NCBI GenBank assembly: GCA_045646755.1
Contig: JAZRLJ010000002.1
Coordinates: forward strand, 1-37,278
DNA: 37,278 bases
Reading direction: 5' to 3'
Source of the DNA: Eubacteriales bacterium
Lineage (GTDB): Bacteria > Bacillota > Clostridia > Oscillospirales > CAG-272
In this document: piece by piece, positions 8,688-19,400 of the stretch
Layout of the letters: each line of letters begins with the position of its first letter
How positions within the stretch are numbered: position 1 is the stretch's first letter
Program-made: the position numbers and the translations under genes
Notes under the pieces: model-generated
Told to the model about the DNA's origin: nothing
The model's database searches: none
The model's input: the letters and a program-made list of their open reading frames with translations, nothing else

Positions 8688-9956
8688 ATGAACGAGCAGA
8701 TTTTGTGGATATGGCTTTCTTTAGCGTGTACACCCGGGACTGAAAATTTTCGTAAGCTTATCGATAGCTTTGAGACACCTCTGTCCGTATATTCTGCCGA
8801 TAGGGATTCTATCTCGGCGGTTTTAGGGAAGAAGTGTGTTGACGTTACGGCTCTCGCGGATAAAAACACGGATAGGGCAGAGGAAATATTTAACTATTGC
8901 AGACAGAAAAATATAGGTATTGTAAATTTTTCTGACGCGAATTTTCCTCCGCTTTTAAAGCTTATCCAAAATCCGCCCGTTTTGCTTTATTATCGTGGAG
9001 TACTTCCCGGTTTTAAGGACTTGTTCTGTGTTTCGGTTGTTGGAACCAGACGGCTCAGTGAATACGGACTTAGAAATGCTTTTTCCATTTCTCGTGATTT
9101 AAGTGTTGCGGGAGCTACAGTGGTTTCTGGTATGGCTATAGGCGTTGACGGTGTTGCTCACGCGGGCGCGCTGTCTACAGACGGAATTACAATTGCCGTG
9201 CTTGGCAGTGGAATAGACGTATGCTATCCTGCAGAGCATAAGATGCTTGCACGTGAGATTGTAAAGCACGGTTGCGTAATTACAGAGTATGCACCGGGAA
9301 CAAAACCCGATAGGAATAATTTTCCAAGGAGAAATAGAATTATAAGCGGTCTTTCACATGCTACACTCGTAATTGAGGGTAAAGAGAGAAGCGGAGCGCT
9401 TATAACGGCGCACTGCGCACAGAAGCAGAATCGCAAGCTGTACGCGTTGCCCGGAAATGTTGGCAATAAAAACAGTGAGCTTACAAACCTTCTGATTAAA
9501 AACGGGGCATCTCTTTGCTCTTCAGCTGATGATATAGTCAGGGATTTTGAAACCGAATCGCTTGGTATTTTGAATCCTTTTAACCTTGCTGAGGCTACAA
9601 AAGCGGAGCCTATAGAGTTTTTAAAGCGTTATTCTGTTTCTGCGGTAACCGCAAGTGACAGTGTTTTCTTCCGTTCTAAAAGACGGAAGATTAAAGCAGA
9701 TGCGTCTTCTGCATCAACTGTAATCGAGAAAAAACAAAGTGATGTCAATATTGTAGCATCCGTAACTGCGATGCAGTCATTTGATAAGGAGATGCTTGAG
9801 ATATATAAAAGAATTCCTCAGGGTGAGGAATGTACAATTGAATCTCTTGTGGATTCTACGCTTCCGTTAAGAAGCGTTATGAAAGGACTTTTAAAGCTGG
9901 AAATGGGGCGATTTGTAGTTATGATTCCCGGTGAAAAGGTCAAGCGTAACGGTTAA
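8688..9956 (+). CDS. dprA: DNA processing protein DprA (Smf)
   Basis: The Rossmann core GTRRLSEYGLRNAF...VVSGMAIGVDGVAHAGAL...FPRRNRIISGLS...VIEGKERSGALITA is typical DprA. I chose ATG 8688 (MNEQILWIWLSL...) because the longer track ORF from 8550 overlaps the trmH-family gene by 125 nt. Lies upstream of topA as in B. subtilis. Confidence 0.88.
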   Translation: MNEQILWIWLSLACTPGTENFRKLIDSFETPLSVYSADRDSISAVLGKKCVDVTALADKNTDRAEEIFNYCRQKNIGIVNFSDANFPPLLKLIQNPPVLLYYRGVLPGFKDLFCVSVVGTRRLSEYGLRNAFSISRDLSVAGATVVSGMAIGVDGVAHAGALSTDGITIAVLGSGIDVCYPAEHKMLAREIVKHGCVITEYAPGTKPDRNNFPRRNRIISGLSHATLVIEGKERSGALITAHCAQKQNRKLYALPGNVGNKNSELTNLLIKNGASLCSSADDIVRDFETESLGILNPFNLAEATKAEPIEFLKRYSVSAVTASDSVFFRSKRRKIKADASSASTVIEKKQSDVNIVASVTAMQSFDKEMLEIYKRIPQGEECTIESLVDSTLPLRSVMKGLLKLEMGRFVVMIPGEKVKRNG

Positions 9957-10002
9957 CCCAGGAGCGAATTTCAGAAAGGAAGCGCAAATCGGCGCTTAAG
10001 TT

Positions 10003-12264
10003 ATGTCAAATTTAGTAATAGTAGAGTCGCCTGCAAAGGCAAACACAATTAAAAGCTATCTCGGCTCAAATTATAAGGTTATAGCATCAAAGGGACACGT
10101 TCGAGATCTTCCTAAGAGCACTCTTGGAATAGACGTTGATAACGGATTTGAGCCTCACTATATAAATATCAGAGGTAAAGGTGACGTTATCAAAGAACTG
10201 AAAAAAGAAGCAAAGAACGCTTCTAAGATTTTTCTTGCAACGGACCCTGACCGTGAGGGTGAAGCGATTTCATGGCACATAGCTTCTCAGCTGGGCATCC
10301 CTGCTGACAAGGAATGCAGAATCACCTTTAACGAAATCACTAAGTCTGCCGTTAAGGAGGCAATAAAAAAACCTCGCAAAATAAACGAGGATTTGGTAAA
10401 TTCCCAGCAGGCGAGAAGAATTCTTGACCGACTTATTGGTTTTAATCTTAGTCAGGTTCTTTGGAAAAACGTAAAGAGCGGACTTTCCGGAGGAAGAGTT
10501 CAGTCTGTTGCGGTTAGAATAATTATGGAGAGAGAAGACGAGATAAAATCCTTTGTTCCTCAGGAATACTGGACCGTTGAGGCTCTTCTTTCGGCTGACG
10601 ACGGTGACATTCCCTTTAAGTTTTACGGAAACAAAAAAGGAAAAATCAGAATAGCAGACGAAAATCAGGCTAAAGAGATAACTGAAGCCGTTTCAAATTC
10701 TAATTTCAAAATAATATCGGTGAAGCACGCAGAGAAGCAGAAGCTTCCCGCACCCCCCTTTACAACCTCAACTCTTCAGCAGGAAGCATCAAAAAGACTT
10801 GGCTACCAGGCGCAGAGAATTATGAAGGTTGCTCAGGAGCTTTATGATGGTCTTAATCTTGGCACCGAGTTTGGCGGTGTGCAGGGTCTTATCACCTATA
10901 TGCGTACCGATTCGCAGCGTATTTCTGCATCTGCGCAGGAGGCAGCTCTCGAGTTCATAAAGGTTAACTTTGGCGAGGATAGCCTTCCGGAAACTCCCAG
11001 AATTTATAAGAGTAACGCAAATTCGCAGGATGCTCATGAGGCGATACGTCCTTCTAATGTAAATATTACCCCTAAGCTTGTCAAAAAATATCTTTCCTCG
11101 GAGCAGTATAAGATTTATAAGCTCATTTGGGAAAGATTTATCGCAAGCCAGATGTCTGCGGCGCTTTTTGATACCGTAACCGTAGAGGCAGAAAATACAG
11201 GGTATATATTCAGAAGCGGAGGATACGTACTGAAATCACGCGGATTTATGGCAGTTTACGATACCGATGCATACGATAGCGTTGACGATGAGACTCTCTC
11301 TCTCTCAAAGCTTCCCGAAATAAAGAAAAATCTAATGCTTTCTTGTGTGTCATTAAATAAAGAACAGCATTTTACAGAGCCTCCGGCGAGATATACGGAA
11401 GCTTCTCTCATCAAATTTCTTGAGGAAAACGGTATAGGAAGACCTTCTACCTACGCTCCTATCATTTCTATAATTGTTTCAAGAAACTACGTTAAGCGCG
11501 AGGGAAAATCCCTTGTTGGAACTGAGCTTGGCGATGTAACTACCAAGTTTATGAGAGAGCATTTTCCTGAGGTTATCGACTATGAATACACTGCTTCGAT
11601 GGAATCAAAGCTTGACTCTATCGAAAACAAGGAAAATACTATAATAGGAGTAATTTCAGATTTCTATAAAACCTTTGAAAATGAAATGAAGATTGCTTAC
11701 AGTAAGGATTCGAAGGTAAATATAGCACCCGCATACGAGGAAAGCGACGTTGTATGCGATAAATGTGGCGCAAAAATGATATATAAAAACGGAAGATTCG
11801 GTAAATTCCTTGCTTGCCCGTCGTATCCTACTTGCCGAAATACAAAGGCAATTGATAAAGACGGTAAGATTCTAGAAAAGGAAGAGGAAAAGACCGAGCT
11901 TGCCGGTTTCAAATGCGATAAGTGCGGAGCTGAAATGGTTGAAAGACACGGAAGATTCGGTACGTTTTATGCTTGTTCCAATTATCCCGAATGCACGAAT
12001 ACCAAGCAGAAGACCACCGAAACAGGTGCTCTTTGCCCCAAATGCTCGTCTAAGATTTTGGCCCGTCACGGAAAGGGAAGAACTCTTTTCTATAGCTGTG
12101 AGAAATATCCCGAGTGTGATTTTTCGAGCTGGGATATGCCTCTTACAGAAAAATGTCCCGACTGCGGTGAAATGCTCTATTACAGAAAGAGCAAAAAGAA
12201 TGTTATATGCAAAAATAAAGCTTGCGGGTATAAGCGCGAGCAGGAAATGACGGTAATAGAATAA
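10003..12264 (+). CDS. topA: DNA topoisomerase I (type IA) with four C-terminal zinc-ribbon repeats
   Basis: MSNLVIVESPAKANTIKSYLG (Toprim), DPDREGEAISWH, and the active-site tyrosine context GLITYMRTDSQR. Four CxxC...CxxxxxC modules lie after residue about 585. Confidence 0.95.
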   Translation: MSNLVIVESPAKANTIKSYLGSNYKVIASKGHVRDLPKSTLGIDVDNGFEPHYINIRGKGDVIKELKKEAKNASKIFLATDPDREGEAISWHIASQLGIPADKECRITFNEITKSAVKEAIKKPRKINEDLVNSQQARRILDRLIGFNLSQVLWKNVKSGLSGGRVQSVAVRIIMEREDEIKSFVPQEYWTVEALLSADDGDIPFKFYGNKKGKIRIADENQAKEITEAVSNSNFKIISVKHAEKQKLPAPPFTTSTLQQEASKRLGYQAQRIMKVAQELYDGLNLGTEFGGVQGLITYMRTDSQRISASAQEAALEFIKVNFGEDSLPETPRIYKSNANSQDAHEAIRPSNVNITPKLVKKYLSSEQYKIYKLIWERFIASQMSAALFDTVTVEAENTGYIFRSGGYVLKSRGFMAVYDTDAYDSVDDETLSLSKLPEIKKNLMLSCVSLNKEQHFTEPPARYTEASLIKFLEENGIGRPSTYAPIISIIVSRNYVKREGKSLVGTELGDVTTKFMREHFPEVIDYEYTASMESKLDSIENKENTIIGVISDFYKTFENEMKIAYSKDSKVNIAPAYEESDVVCDKCGAKMIYKNGRFGKFLACPSYPTCRNTKAIDKDGKILEKEEEKTELAGFKCDKCGAEMVERHGRFGTFYACSNYPECTNTKQKTTETGALCPKCSSKILARHGKGRTLFYSCEKYPECDFSSWDMPLTEKCPDCGEMLYYRKSKKNVICKNKACGYKREQEMTVIE

Positions 12265-13607
12265 TGTCCGATAAACCGATAGTTAAGGTAATAGGAGCAG
12301 GACTGGCGGGTTGTGAGGCGGCATATCAGGCAGCGAGACTGGGAGCTTTTGTTGAGCTGTATGAAATGAAGCCCGAAAAATATTCTCCCGCGCATCACTT
12401 TGACGGCTTTGCTGAGCTTGTTTGCTCAAACTCTTTACGTTCGAATGACATTACTAATGCGGTAGGACTTTTGAAAAAAGAGCTTTCCGAAATCGGCTCG
12501 CTCATTATGGAGGCGGCGTATGCCTCTGAGGTTCCCGCAGGCAGCGCTCTTGCTGTTAACAGAGAGCTTTTTTCAGGGTATATTACCGAAAAAATAAAAA
12601 GCAATCCCAACATACGCGTTATCACAGGTGAGGTTTATGAGATTCCTGACGATGCAATAACAGTCATTGCGACAGGACCGCTTACATCTGAGCCTCTTGC
12701 AGAAAAAATTTCTGCGCTTACCGGAGGAGCTGAGCTTCACTTTTTTGATGCTGCTGCTCCAATAGTCGATTTCTCGACGGTAAATACTGAAAAAGCATTT
12801 TTTGCTTCAAGGTACGGAAAGGGTAATCCCGAGGATTATCTTAACTGTCCTATGACTAAGGAGGAATATGACGCATTTTACAATGCGCTTATTTCAGCAA
12901 AGGTTGCTCCACTTAAAGCCTTCGACAGAGAGCTTCAGCAGGATATTACTGTGTTTGAGGGATGTATGCCTGTAGAGGTAATGGCGTCCCGCGGCTATGA
13001 TACCCTGAGGTTCGGGCCTATGAAGCCGGTTGGTCTTCCTGTTCCCGAAACGGGAGAGGATGCGTATGCAACTGTTCAGCTCAGACGCGAGAACAGAGAG
13101 GGTACAATGTACAATATAGTCGGATTTCAGACGCATCTCACCTTTGCTGAACAGAAAAGAGTTTTCGGAATGATTCCCGGACTTGAAAACGCGGAGTTCT
13201 TCCGTTATGGCGTAATGCACAGAAATACCTATTTGAATTCACCAGGATTTTTAACTCCGATATATTCTGTAAAAGAAAATAATAAGCTGTTCTTTGCAGG
13301 ACAGATGACTGGTGTTGAGGGATACGTTGAATCTGCTTCTTCGGGGTTTGTTGCAGGTCTTAATGCCGCAGCAAAAGCTCTTGGAAGGGAAGCTGTAGTA
13401 TTCCCAAAGGAAACCGAGATAGGCGCGCTTTCTCACTACGTCAGTGAGGGAGGAGTCAGCTCGTCATTCCAACCGATGAATGCAAACTTTGGTATCATAG
13501 CTCCCTTTGAAAAGAAAATTAAAGGAGGAAAAAAATGCAGAAATGAAGCGTATGCACAGCGCTCGCTTGAGATTATTGCTTCAGATTTTGCGTTTTTGAA
13601 AGACTAA
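12264..13607 (+). CDS. trmFO: Methylenetetrahydrofolate--tRNA-(uracil54-C5)-methyltransferase TrmFO
   Basis: VIGAGLAGCEAAYQAA (FAD fold), VCSNSLRS, FEGCMPVE and FAGQMTGVEGYVES. The TAATG overlap with the topA stop matches the topA-gid synteny of Firmicutes. Confidence 0.95.
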   Translation: MSDKPIVKVIGAGLAGCEAAYQAARLGAFVELYEMKPEKYSPAHHFDGFAELVCSNSLRSNDITNAVGLLKKELSEIGSLIMEAAYASEVPAGSALAVNRELFSGYITEKIKSNPNIRVITGEVYEIPDDAITVIATGPLTSEPLAEKISALTGGAELHFFDAAAPIVDFSTVNTEKAFFASRYGKGNPEDYLNCPMTKEEYDAFYNALISAKVAPLKAFDRELQQDITVFEGCMPVEVMASRGYDTLRFGPMKPVGLPVPETGEDAYATVQLRRENREGTMYNIVGFQTHLTFAEQKRVFGMIPGLENAEFFRYGVMHRNTYLNSPGFLTPIYSVKENNKLFFAGQMTGVEGYVESASSGFVAGLNAAAKALGREAVVFPKETEIGALSHYVSEGGVSSSFQPMNANFGIIAPFEKKIKGGKKCRNEAYAQRSLEIIASDFAFLKD

Positions 13608-14644
13608 TGAAGATTCTTGTTGACGTAATGAGCGGTGACAAGGCGCCGCTTGAAATAATAAAAGGAGCGGTTCTCGCTCGTCAGGAATACGGTGAAGATG
13701 TACTTATCATTGGTGATGAAAATGTAATTTCTGATTTTGCTATTCAGAACGAAATCAGCCTTGACGGTATTGAAATTATCAATTCCCAGTCTGTTATAAC
13801 CATGGAAGATAAGCCAATGTGCGTAGTCCGTGAAAAAAGGGATTCTTCTATGAGTATGGGACTTAAGATGCTTGCAAACGGAGAGGTAGATGCTTTTGTT
13901 TCGGCCGGAAATACCGGTGCGCTTATTACGGGCGCAACTCTTATAGTTAAGAGAATTGTAGGTATAAATCGCGCTGCCATAGCAAGCGTTCTTCCTCTTT
14001 CAAATCCTGTTCTTCTTATGGACTCCGGAGCTAACCTTACCGTTACCTCGGATAACATTTCTCAGTTTGCTTTTATGGGCGCTAAGTACATGGAGAAGAT
14101 ATACGGTATAGACCGTCCCAGAGTAGGACAGTTAAATAACGGAACAGAGTATAACAAGGGTAATATGCTTCAGGTTGAGTCTTATCAGATACTCAGCGAA
14201 AGCGGTCTTAACTTTGTAGGAAATGTAGAGTCAAAGGAAGTTCCCTTTGACGTAGTTGACGTCCTTGTAACCGACGGATATACGGGAAATATATTCCTTA
14301 AGTGTATAGAGGGTATGGGCAAGTTTATGCTTAGCCTTGTTAAAGAGCTTTTCTATACAAATATAGCAACCAAGGTTTCCGCGCTTACTATGAAGGATAA
14401 GTTAAAGGAAATAAAGAAGAGATTTGATTCCTCTGAGCACGGCGGAGCACCTCTCCTAGGAATATCAAAGCCTGTTATTAAAGCTCACGGATCTTCCGAT
14501 GCTAAGGCTATAAAGAATGCAGTAAGACAGGCAATAGAATTTGTTAAAACAGGAATTAACGTTGAAATTGCAAAGTTCGCGGCAGATTTTGATGATAAGA
14601 AAATGATTGCCGACGCAGATAAAATGTACGGAACTGATATTTAA
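13607..14644 (+). CDS. plsX: Phosphate acyltransferase PlsX
   Basis: MKILVDVMSGDKAP..., SAGNTGALITGA, TDGYTGNIFLK and GAPLLGISKPVIKAHGSS are PlsX hallmarks. 345 aa. Confidence 0.95.
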   Translation: MKILVDVMSGDKAPLEIIKGAVLARQEYGEDVLIIGDENVISDFAIQNEISLDGIEIINSQSVITMEDKPMCVVREKRDSSMSMGLKMLANGEVDAFVSAGNTGALITGATLIVKRIVGINRAAIASVLPLSNPVLLMDSGANLTVTSDNISQFAFMGAKYMEKIYGIDRPRVGQLNNGTEYNKGNMLQVESYQILSESGLNFVGNVESKEVPFDVVDVLVTDGYTGNIFLKCIEGMGKFMLSLVKELFYTNIATKVSALTMKDKLKEIKKRFDSSEHGGAPLLGISKPVIKAHGSSDAKAIKNAVRQAIEFVKTGINVEIAKFAADFDDKKMIADADKMYGTDI

Positions 14645-14663
14645 GAAAAAAGGGAGGTATGAA

Positions 14664-15380
14664 ATGGCGATAGGCAAGGACTTGTTTTTGCTATATGACG
14701 TTATAGACTATAACTTTAATGACGTGTCATACCTCGAAAATGCTCTTACGCACGCTTCGTTTGCAAATGAGCGAAAAGCGAAGGGGATTGTATATCCTTC
14801 GAATGAAAGACTTGAGTTTCTCGGTGATGCTGTTCTGCAGATAACGGTCTCTGAATATTTGTACAAGCATTTTAAAAAATATTCGGAAGGTACACTTACA
14901 AAAATACGACAGTATCTTGTTTGTGAAAAAACACTCGCTTCAATAGCGAGAAAAATCAACCTTGGCGCGTATATAAATCTCGGAAGAGGCGAGGAGGTAA
15001 CAGATTGCAGAAACCGTCCGAAGCTGCTTGCCGATACGTTTGAGGCATTGATAGGTGCTATTTATCTTGATTCCGAGTCCTTTTCTTTGAAAAATGCAAA
15101 AGAGGCTGTATTAAATCTTTTTAAGGACGAAATAGAAAAATCCGAGAAGATGCAAGTCGGTGATTATAAAACTATGCTTCAACAGTTGGTTGAAAAGGAC
15201 GGCGCATCCGTGCTTGAGTATAGCGTTCTTTCCGAGGAAGGTCCGGAGCATAAAAAGATTTTCACAGTTCAGGCAAGGGTAAATAATAACGTAGTGGGAG
15301 AGGGAAGCGCTCATACAAAAAAAGCGGCAGAGATGCTTGCCGCAAAGCTGGCGCTTCGTCTCTTTGGAATAAATATATGA
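14664..15380 (+). CDS. rnc: Ribonuclease III
   Basis: Signature NERLEFLGDAVL, catalytic DTFEALIGAIYLD, and a C-terminal dsRBD (HKKIFTVQARVNN...GSAHTKKAAEMLAAKLAL). I chose the start at ATG 14664, preceded by AGGGAGG. The track start at 14607 lies inside plsX. Confidence 0.9.
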   Translation: MAIGKDLFLLYDVIDYNFNDVSYLENALTHASFANERKAKGIVYPSNERLEFLGDAVLQITVSEYLYKHFKKYSEGTLTKIRQYLVCEKTLASIARKINLGAYINLGRGEEVTDCRNRPKLLADTFEALIGAIYLDSESFSLKNAKEAVLNLFKDEIEKSEKMQVGDYKTMLQQLVEKDGASVLEYSVLSEEGPEHKKIFTVQARVNNNVVGEGSAHTKKAAEMLAAKLALRLFGINI

Positions 15381-16408
15381 AAAAGCATGTAAATATTCCT
15401 GTTTTTATTCCTCATCTCGGTTGTCCCAATCAGTGCGTATTTTGCAATCAGAGATCTATTACGGGACGGGAAAAATTTGATCCTGAATCGGTAGTGCTAA
15501 TCATAGAAGAAGCACTCTCGACCGTCTCCGAGGATACGGAGACCGAAATAGCCTTTTTCGGCGGTTCGTTTACCGGCATTGACTACGATTTGATGTGCCG
15601 TCTGCTCGAAATCGCTTATTCTTACGTAAAATGCGGAAGGGTTAGCTCTATAAGATGTTCAACCCGTCCGGATTATATCAGCGAAAAAATTCTTGATACA
15701 CTACAGCATTACGGTGTAAAGGTAATTGAACTAGGCCTACAAAGTGTTGACAATCTTGTTCTGGATACGACCAAAAGAGGTCATAGCTTTGAGGCTGAGG
15801 AAAATGCGGTTAGGCTTATAAAGAAACGCGGATTTTCACTTGTTGGACAGATGATGATCGGTCTTCCAGGCTCTGACATAGAGAAGGAGAAGGAAACTGC
15901 GCGCTTTATATGTGAGTCGAATGCAGACGGAGCGCGTGTCTATCCTACCGTTGTATTCAGAGATACCGAGCTTTGCCTGATGGCAGAAAAGGGAGAATAT
16001 ACACCACTCTCTACAGAAGAAGCTATCTTTAGGACGGCTGAGGTTTTGAAGATATTTGAAAACTACGGAGTAAAGGTAATACGAGTAGGCCTCTGCGCTT
16101 CTGAAAATTTATCAAGTCCGGATGCATACTATGCAGGGCCGAATCATTCGGCACTGGGTGAGCTTTGTGAAAACAGAGTTTTTTACTCTCTTATATATGA
16201 AAAATTAACGGCAATATCCCCGAAAATCGGTGGAACAATAACCGTAAAAGTACCGAAAGGTTCTGTTTCTAAGGCTATCGGTCAAAAGAAAAATAATAAA
16301 CTTCGCTTAATATCTGAATTTTCTCTTAAGGATATTTCTTTCGTTGAGGAGGATTATCTTACAGGATATGAGGTAGAGTGCGAAGAAAGGAAAAATAAAT
16401 GTACTTAA
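15377..16408 (+). CDS. Radical SAM protein of unknown function (ELP3-like radical SAM core without an acetyltransferase domain)
   Basis: CPNQCVFCNQ (CxxxCxxC) at residues 16-23, FFGGSFTG, and a TIM-like core. 343 aa. ATGA overlap with the rnc stop and a 10-nt overlap with the smc start. Confidence 0.8.
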   Translation: MKKHVNIPVFIPHLGCPNQCVFCNQRSITGREKFDPESVVLIIEEALSTVSEDTETEIAFFGGSFTGIDYDLMCRLLEIAYSYVKCGRVSSIRCSTRPDYISEKILDTLQHYGVKVIELGLQSVDNLVLDTTKRGHSFEAEENAVRLIKKRGFSLVGQMMIGLPGSDIEKEKETARFICESNADGARVYPTVVFRDTELCLMAEKGEYTPLSTEEAIFRTAEVLKIFENYGVKVIRVGLCASENLSSPDAYYAGPNHSALGELCENRVFYSLIYEKLTAISPKIGGTITVKVPKGSVSKAIGQKKNNKLRLISEFSLKDISFVEEDYLTGYEVECEERKNKCT

Positions 16409-19400
16409 AGTCACTTGAGTTACACGGCTTCAAATCATTCCCAAACAGAACGGTATTGACTTTCGAGCGTGGCGCGACTGTAATCGTCGGACCTAACGGA
16501 AGCGGAAAATCAAATATTTCCGATGCTATGCGTTGGGTTCTCGGTGAGCTTTCCAGCCGTAATATCAGAGGTACCAAGATGGAGGATGTTATTTTCGGCG
16601 GAACCGACGAGCGTCGTCCTATGGGATTTGCAGAGGTATCTGTAACCTTTGATAATACTGACCCTGAGAACAGACTCGATTCCGAGTACGACGAGGTTGT
16701 AGTAACCAGACGTTATTTTCGTACCGGTGAAAGTGAATATCTTATCAACCGTCAGCCTAAGAGACTTCGTGATATTTACGAGCTCTTTATGAATACGGGT
16801 GTCGGACGCGAGGGCTATTCGATAATCGGTCAGGGAAAAATCGCCGAAATCATTTCGAAAAAGAGTGATGAGAGGCGCAGCATATTTGAAGAAGCTGCCG
16901 GTATATCCAAATACCGTCACAGAAAAGAAGAAACCGAGAGAAAGCTTAAATCTGTTCAGGATAACCTCGATAGAGTTAAGGATATTCTTTCTGAGCTTGA
17001 AAACCGCGTAGTTCCGCTTGAAAAGGAAGCTGAGAAAGCAAAGAAAGGTCTTGCTATATACGAGGAGAAAAAGAGAGCGGATGTTTCTCTTTGGCTTTTT
17101 GATACCGAAAAGGTAAGGGTAGATATCGAAGAAGCAGACAAGGCTCTTGCACTTGCTACTCATGAGCTTGAGATAATAGACCAGATTCTCGATGATTTAA
17201 GAACTCAGGAAAATAATCTTTACGAAAAGGCTCAGTCAAACAGACTTCATTCTTCTGAGCTTTCCGATCGAATTATTGCTGCAAACCAAAAGCTCAGTAT
17301 GCTTGAAACTGCTTTGCGCACTGCAGACTCTGAGTTCGCGCACTCTGCAGAGCTTATCGAGCAGTGCTGCTTGAGAATCAGTGAGATTGAGAATTCAATC
17401 ACTTCACTTAAAATACAGAAGTCCGAGTACGTTGATAAACGCACTGTTAAGGAAGACGAGCTTAAGAAGCTTATGGATGCGCGTCTTCTGCTTCTTTCGG
17501 AGCAGCAGTCACTTCTTGACAAAGTATCTGAGCTTCAATCAGCTCTTACAGAGGCTCTCGATGAGCTTACCGTAGAAGAAGGAAATTCAAATAATCTTCT
17601 TGTCAGAATAGGCGTACTTAAAAATTCAATGGACAACGATTCTACAAGAAGTGTGGATATTGAGTCTGAGATTCGCCGTTACGAAGAGCTTTCAAGCGCT
17701 CTTAAGGAAGAGGCAATTCTTGCGGAAAAGAATGCTGAGCAGTTCAAAATCAAAATAAATGAGAAGGATGCGGTTATTGCTGAATTCTCTGATAAGATTT
17801 CTGCTTTTGAGGAAGAAAAAAAGGAAATCAACGAAAAACTTAACGTATTGAAGCTTGAAAGAGATACCGCACAGAATAGAGCAGACCTCCTTCAGCGAAT
17901 GAACGATCTTTTTGAAGGTTACCCTGAGTCAACTAAGTTCGTTATGCGTGAATATAAGGCAGGAAGCATCACAGGTGGCAAGATTCACGGACCTCTTTCT
18001 GCACTTATAAACGTAGAAAAGCAGTATATAACTGCTATAGAGACGGCATTAGGCTCAAGTCTTCAGAATATAGTAGTAGATAATGAAGAAGTTGCAAAAT
18101 CGGCGATGTATGCACTTAAAAAGGCTAATGCGGGCAGATCAACATTTTATCCAATAAGTGCAATAAGAGCATATAGTGAAACCGATGAAATCCGTGATGC
18201 AAAGGCTTTCGCAGGATACGTAGGCAGAGCAGATACTCTTGTACAGTCGGAAAATCAGTACAGAGCTATAATTGAATGGCTTCTTCTAAGAACTGTAGTT
18301 TTTGATAATATTGATAATGCTACGGTAGCGGCAAAGAAGCTTCGTTACAAGGTCAAGATAGTTACCCTTGACGGACAGCTTATCGGTGTAGGTGGTGCGT
18401 TTACAGGAGGTAGTACCAAGCGTGATAGTGGAATACTCTCTCGTCTTACAGAGATTTCTACCCTTAAAGAGACAGCAGCCGAATATACAAGAAAGATAAA
18501 GAGTGCGGAATCAACTCTCGCTAAGATTTCTGATAATTTTCAGGATGCTGAGGCGATTTTGCGCGATGCAGAGCAGGAAAAGGAACTTCTCATAAGCCTT
18601 TCTCGTTCTCAGTTCGCTTCTCTTGATGGCGCAAATGCAAAATTTGAGGCTAATAATAACATTCTTGAAAAGCTTAGAGAAGATTACAAAAATCTTGTCG
18701 GAAAGCAGAGCGAAGCAGGAGAGGAAATCAAAAAACTCGAGGCAGAGCTTGTTGCGAGCGAGGAAAGGATTTCTGCTCTTAAATCATTCAGGACCAAGAA
18801 GGATGAGGAAAAGGGAATTCTTGACGAAAAGAGTGACGAGCTGGGCTCTAAGGCGGCTGATGCGTACATAAGCATCACCGAGGTTCGTAAGGACATCGAA
18901 GGCATTCAGCAGATGATAGATAATTACGACCTGAGAATTGAGGAGCAGGAAAAGGATAAGGAAGCGCAGAACACAAGAATAAGCGATATTACCTCTAAGA
19001 GAGATAATATTGACAATATAAAGGCTGAGAATAAAGCTGAGCACGATGCACTTCGCGTTGAAATTGAAAAGCTTGTCAATGAAAGACGCGAAACCGAAGC
19101 GGGCGGTGACGAGTTTGAGCGTGAGCTTATGAAAATCCGTAAACTGCGTGATGAAAAGAGCAATAGCCGAGATGCTGTACGCGAGGCACAGCTGAAGAAT
19201 GAAAACAGATGCGACGCACTTCGCGAGAAACAGGATAAGCTCGGCCATCAGCTTCTTGACGAATACGAGATTAACTACGAGGATGCCGTTTCTCTTGGAT
19301 ATCCCGAGGTTACCGAGGAGAACAGAGAAGAGGTAGCTGCTCTTCAGGTTTCATGCAGAAACAGACTTCGCGCGCTCGGAGGATACAACCCTTCCGCAAT

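Noticed and set aside
16510-17163. 217-aa minus-strand ORF (plus 16956..17141, 17247..17522, 18684..18905, 18784..19248, 18924..19163, 19470..19871) antisense to smc
   Set aside because: These are shadow ORFs. The GAA/AAG/GAG-rich coiled-coil coding sequence is stop-poor on the opposite strand. The products are low-complexity (Ser/Leu/Phe-rich), have no SD and are fully contained in a high-confidence gene.
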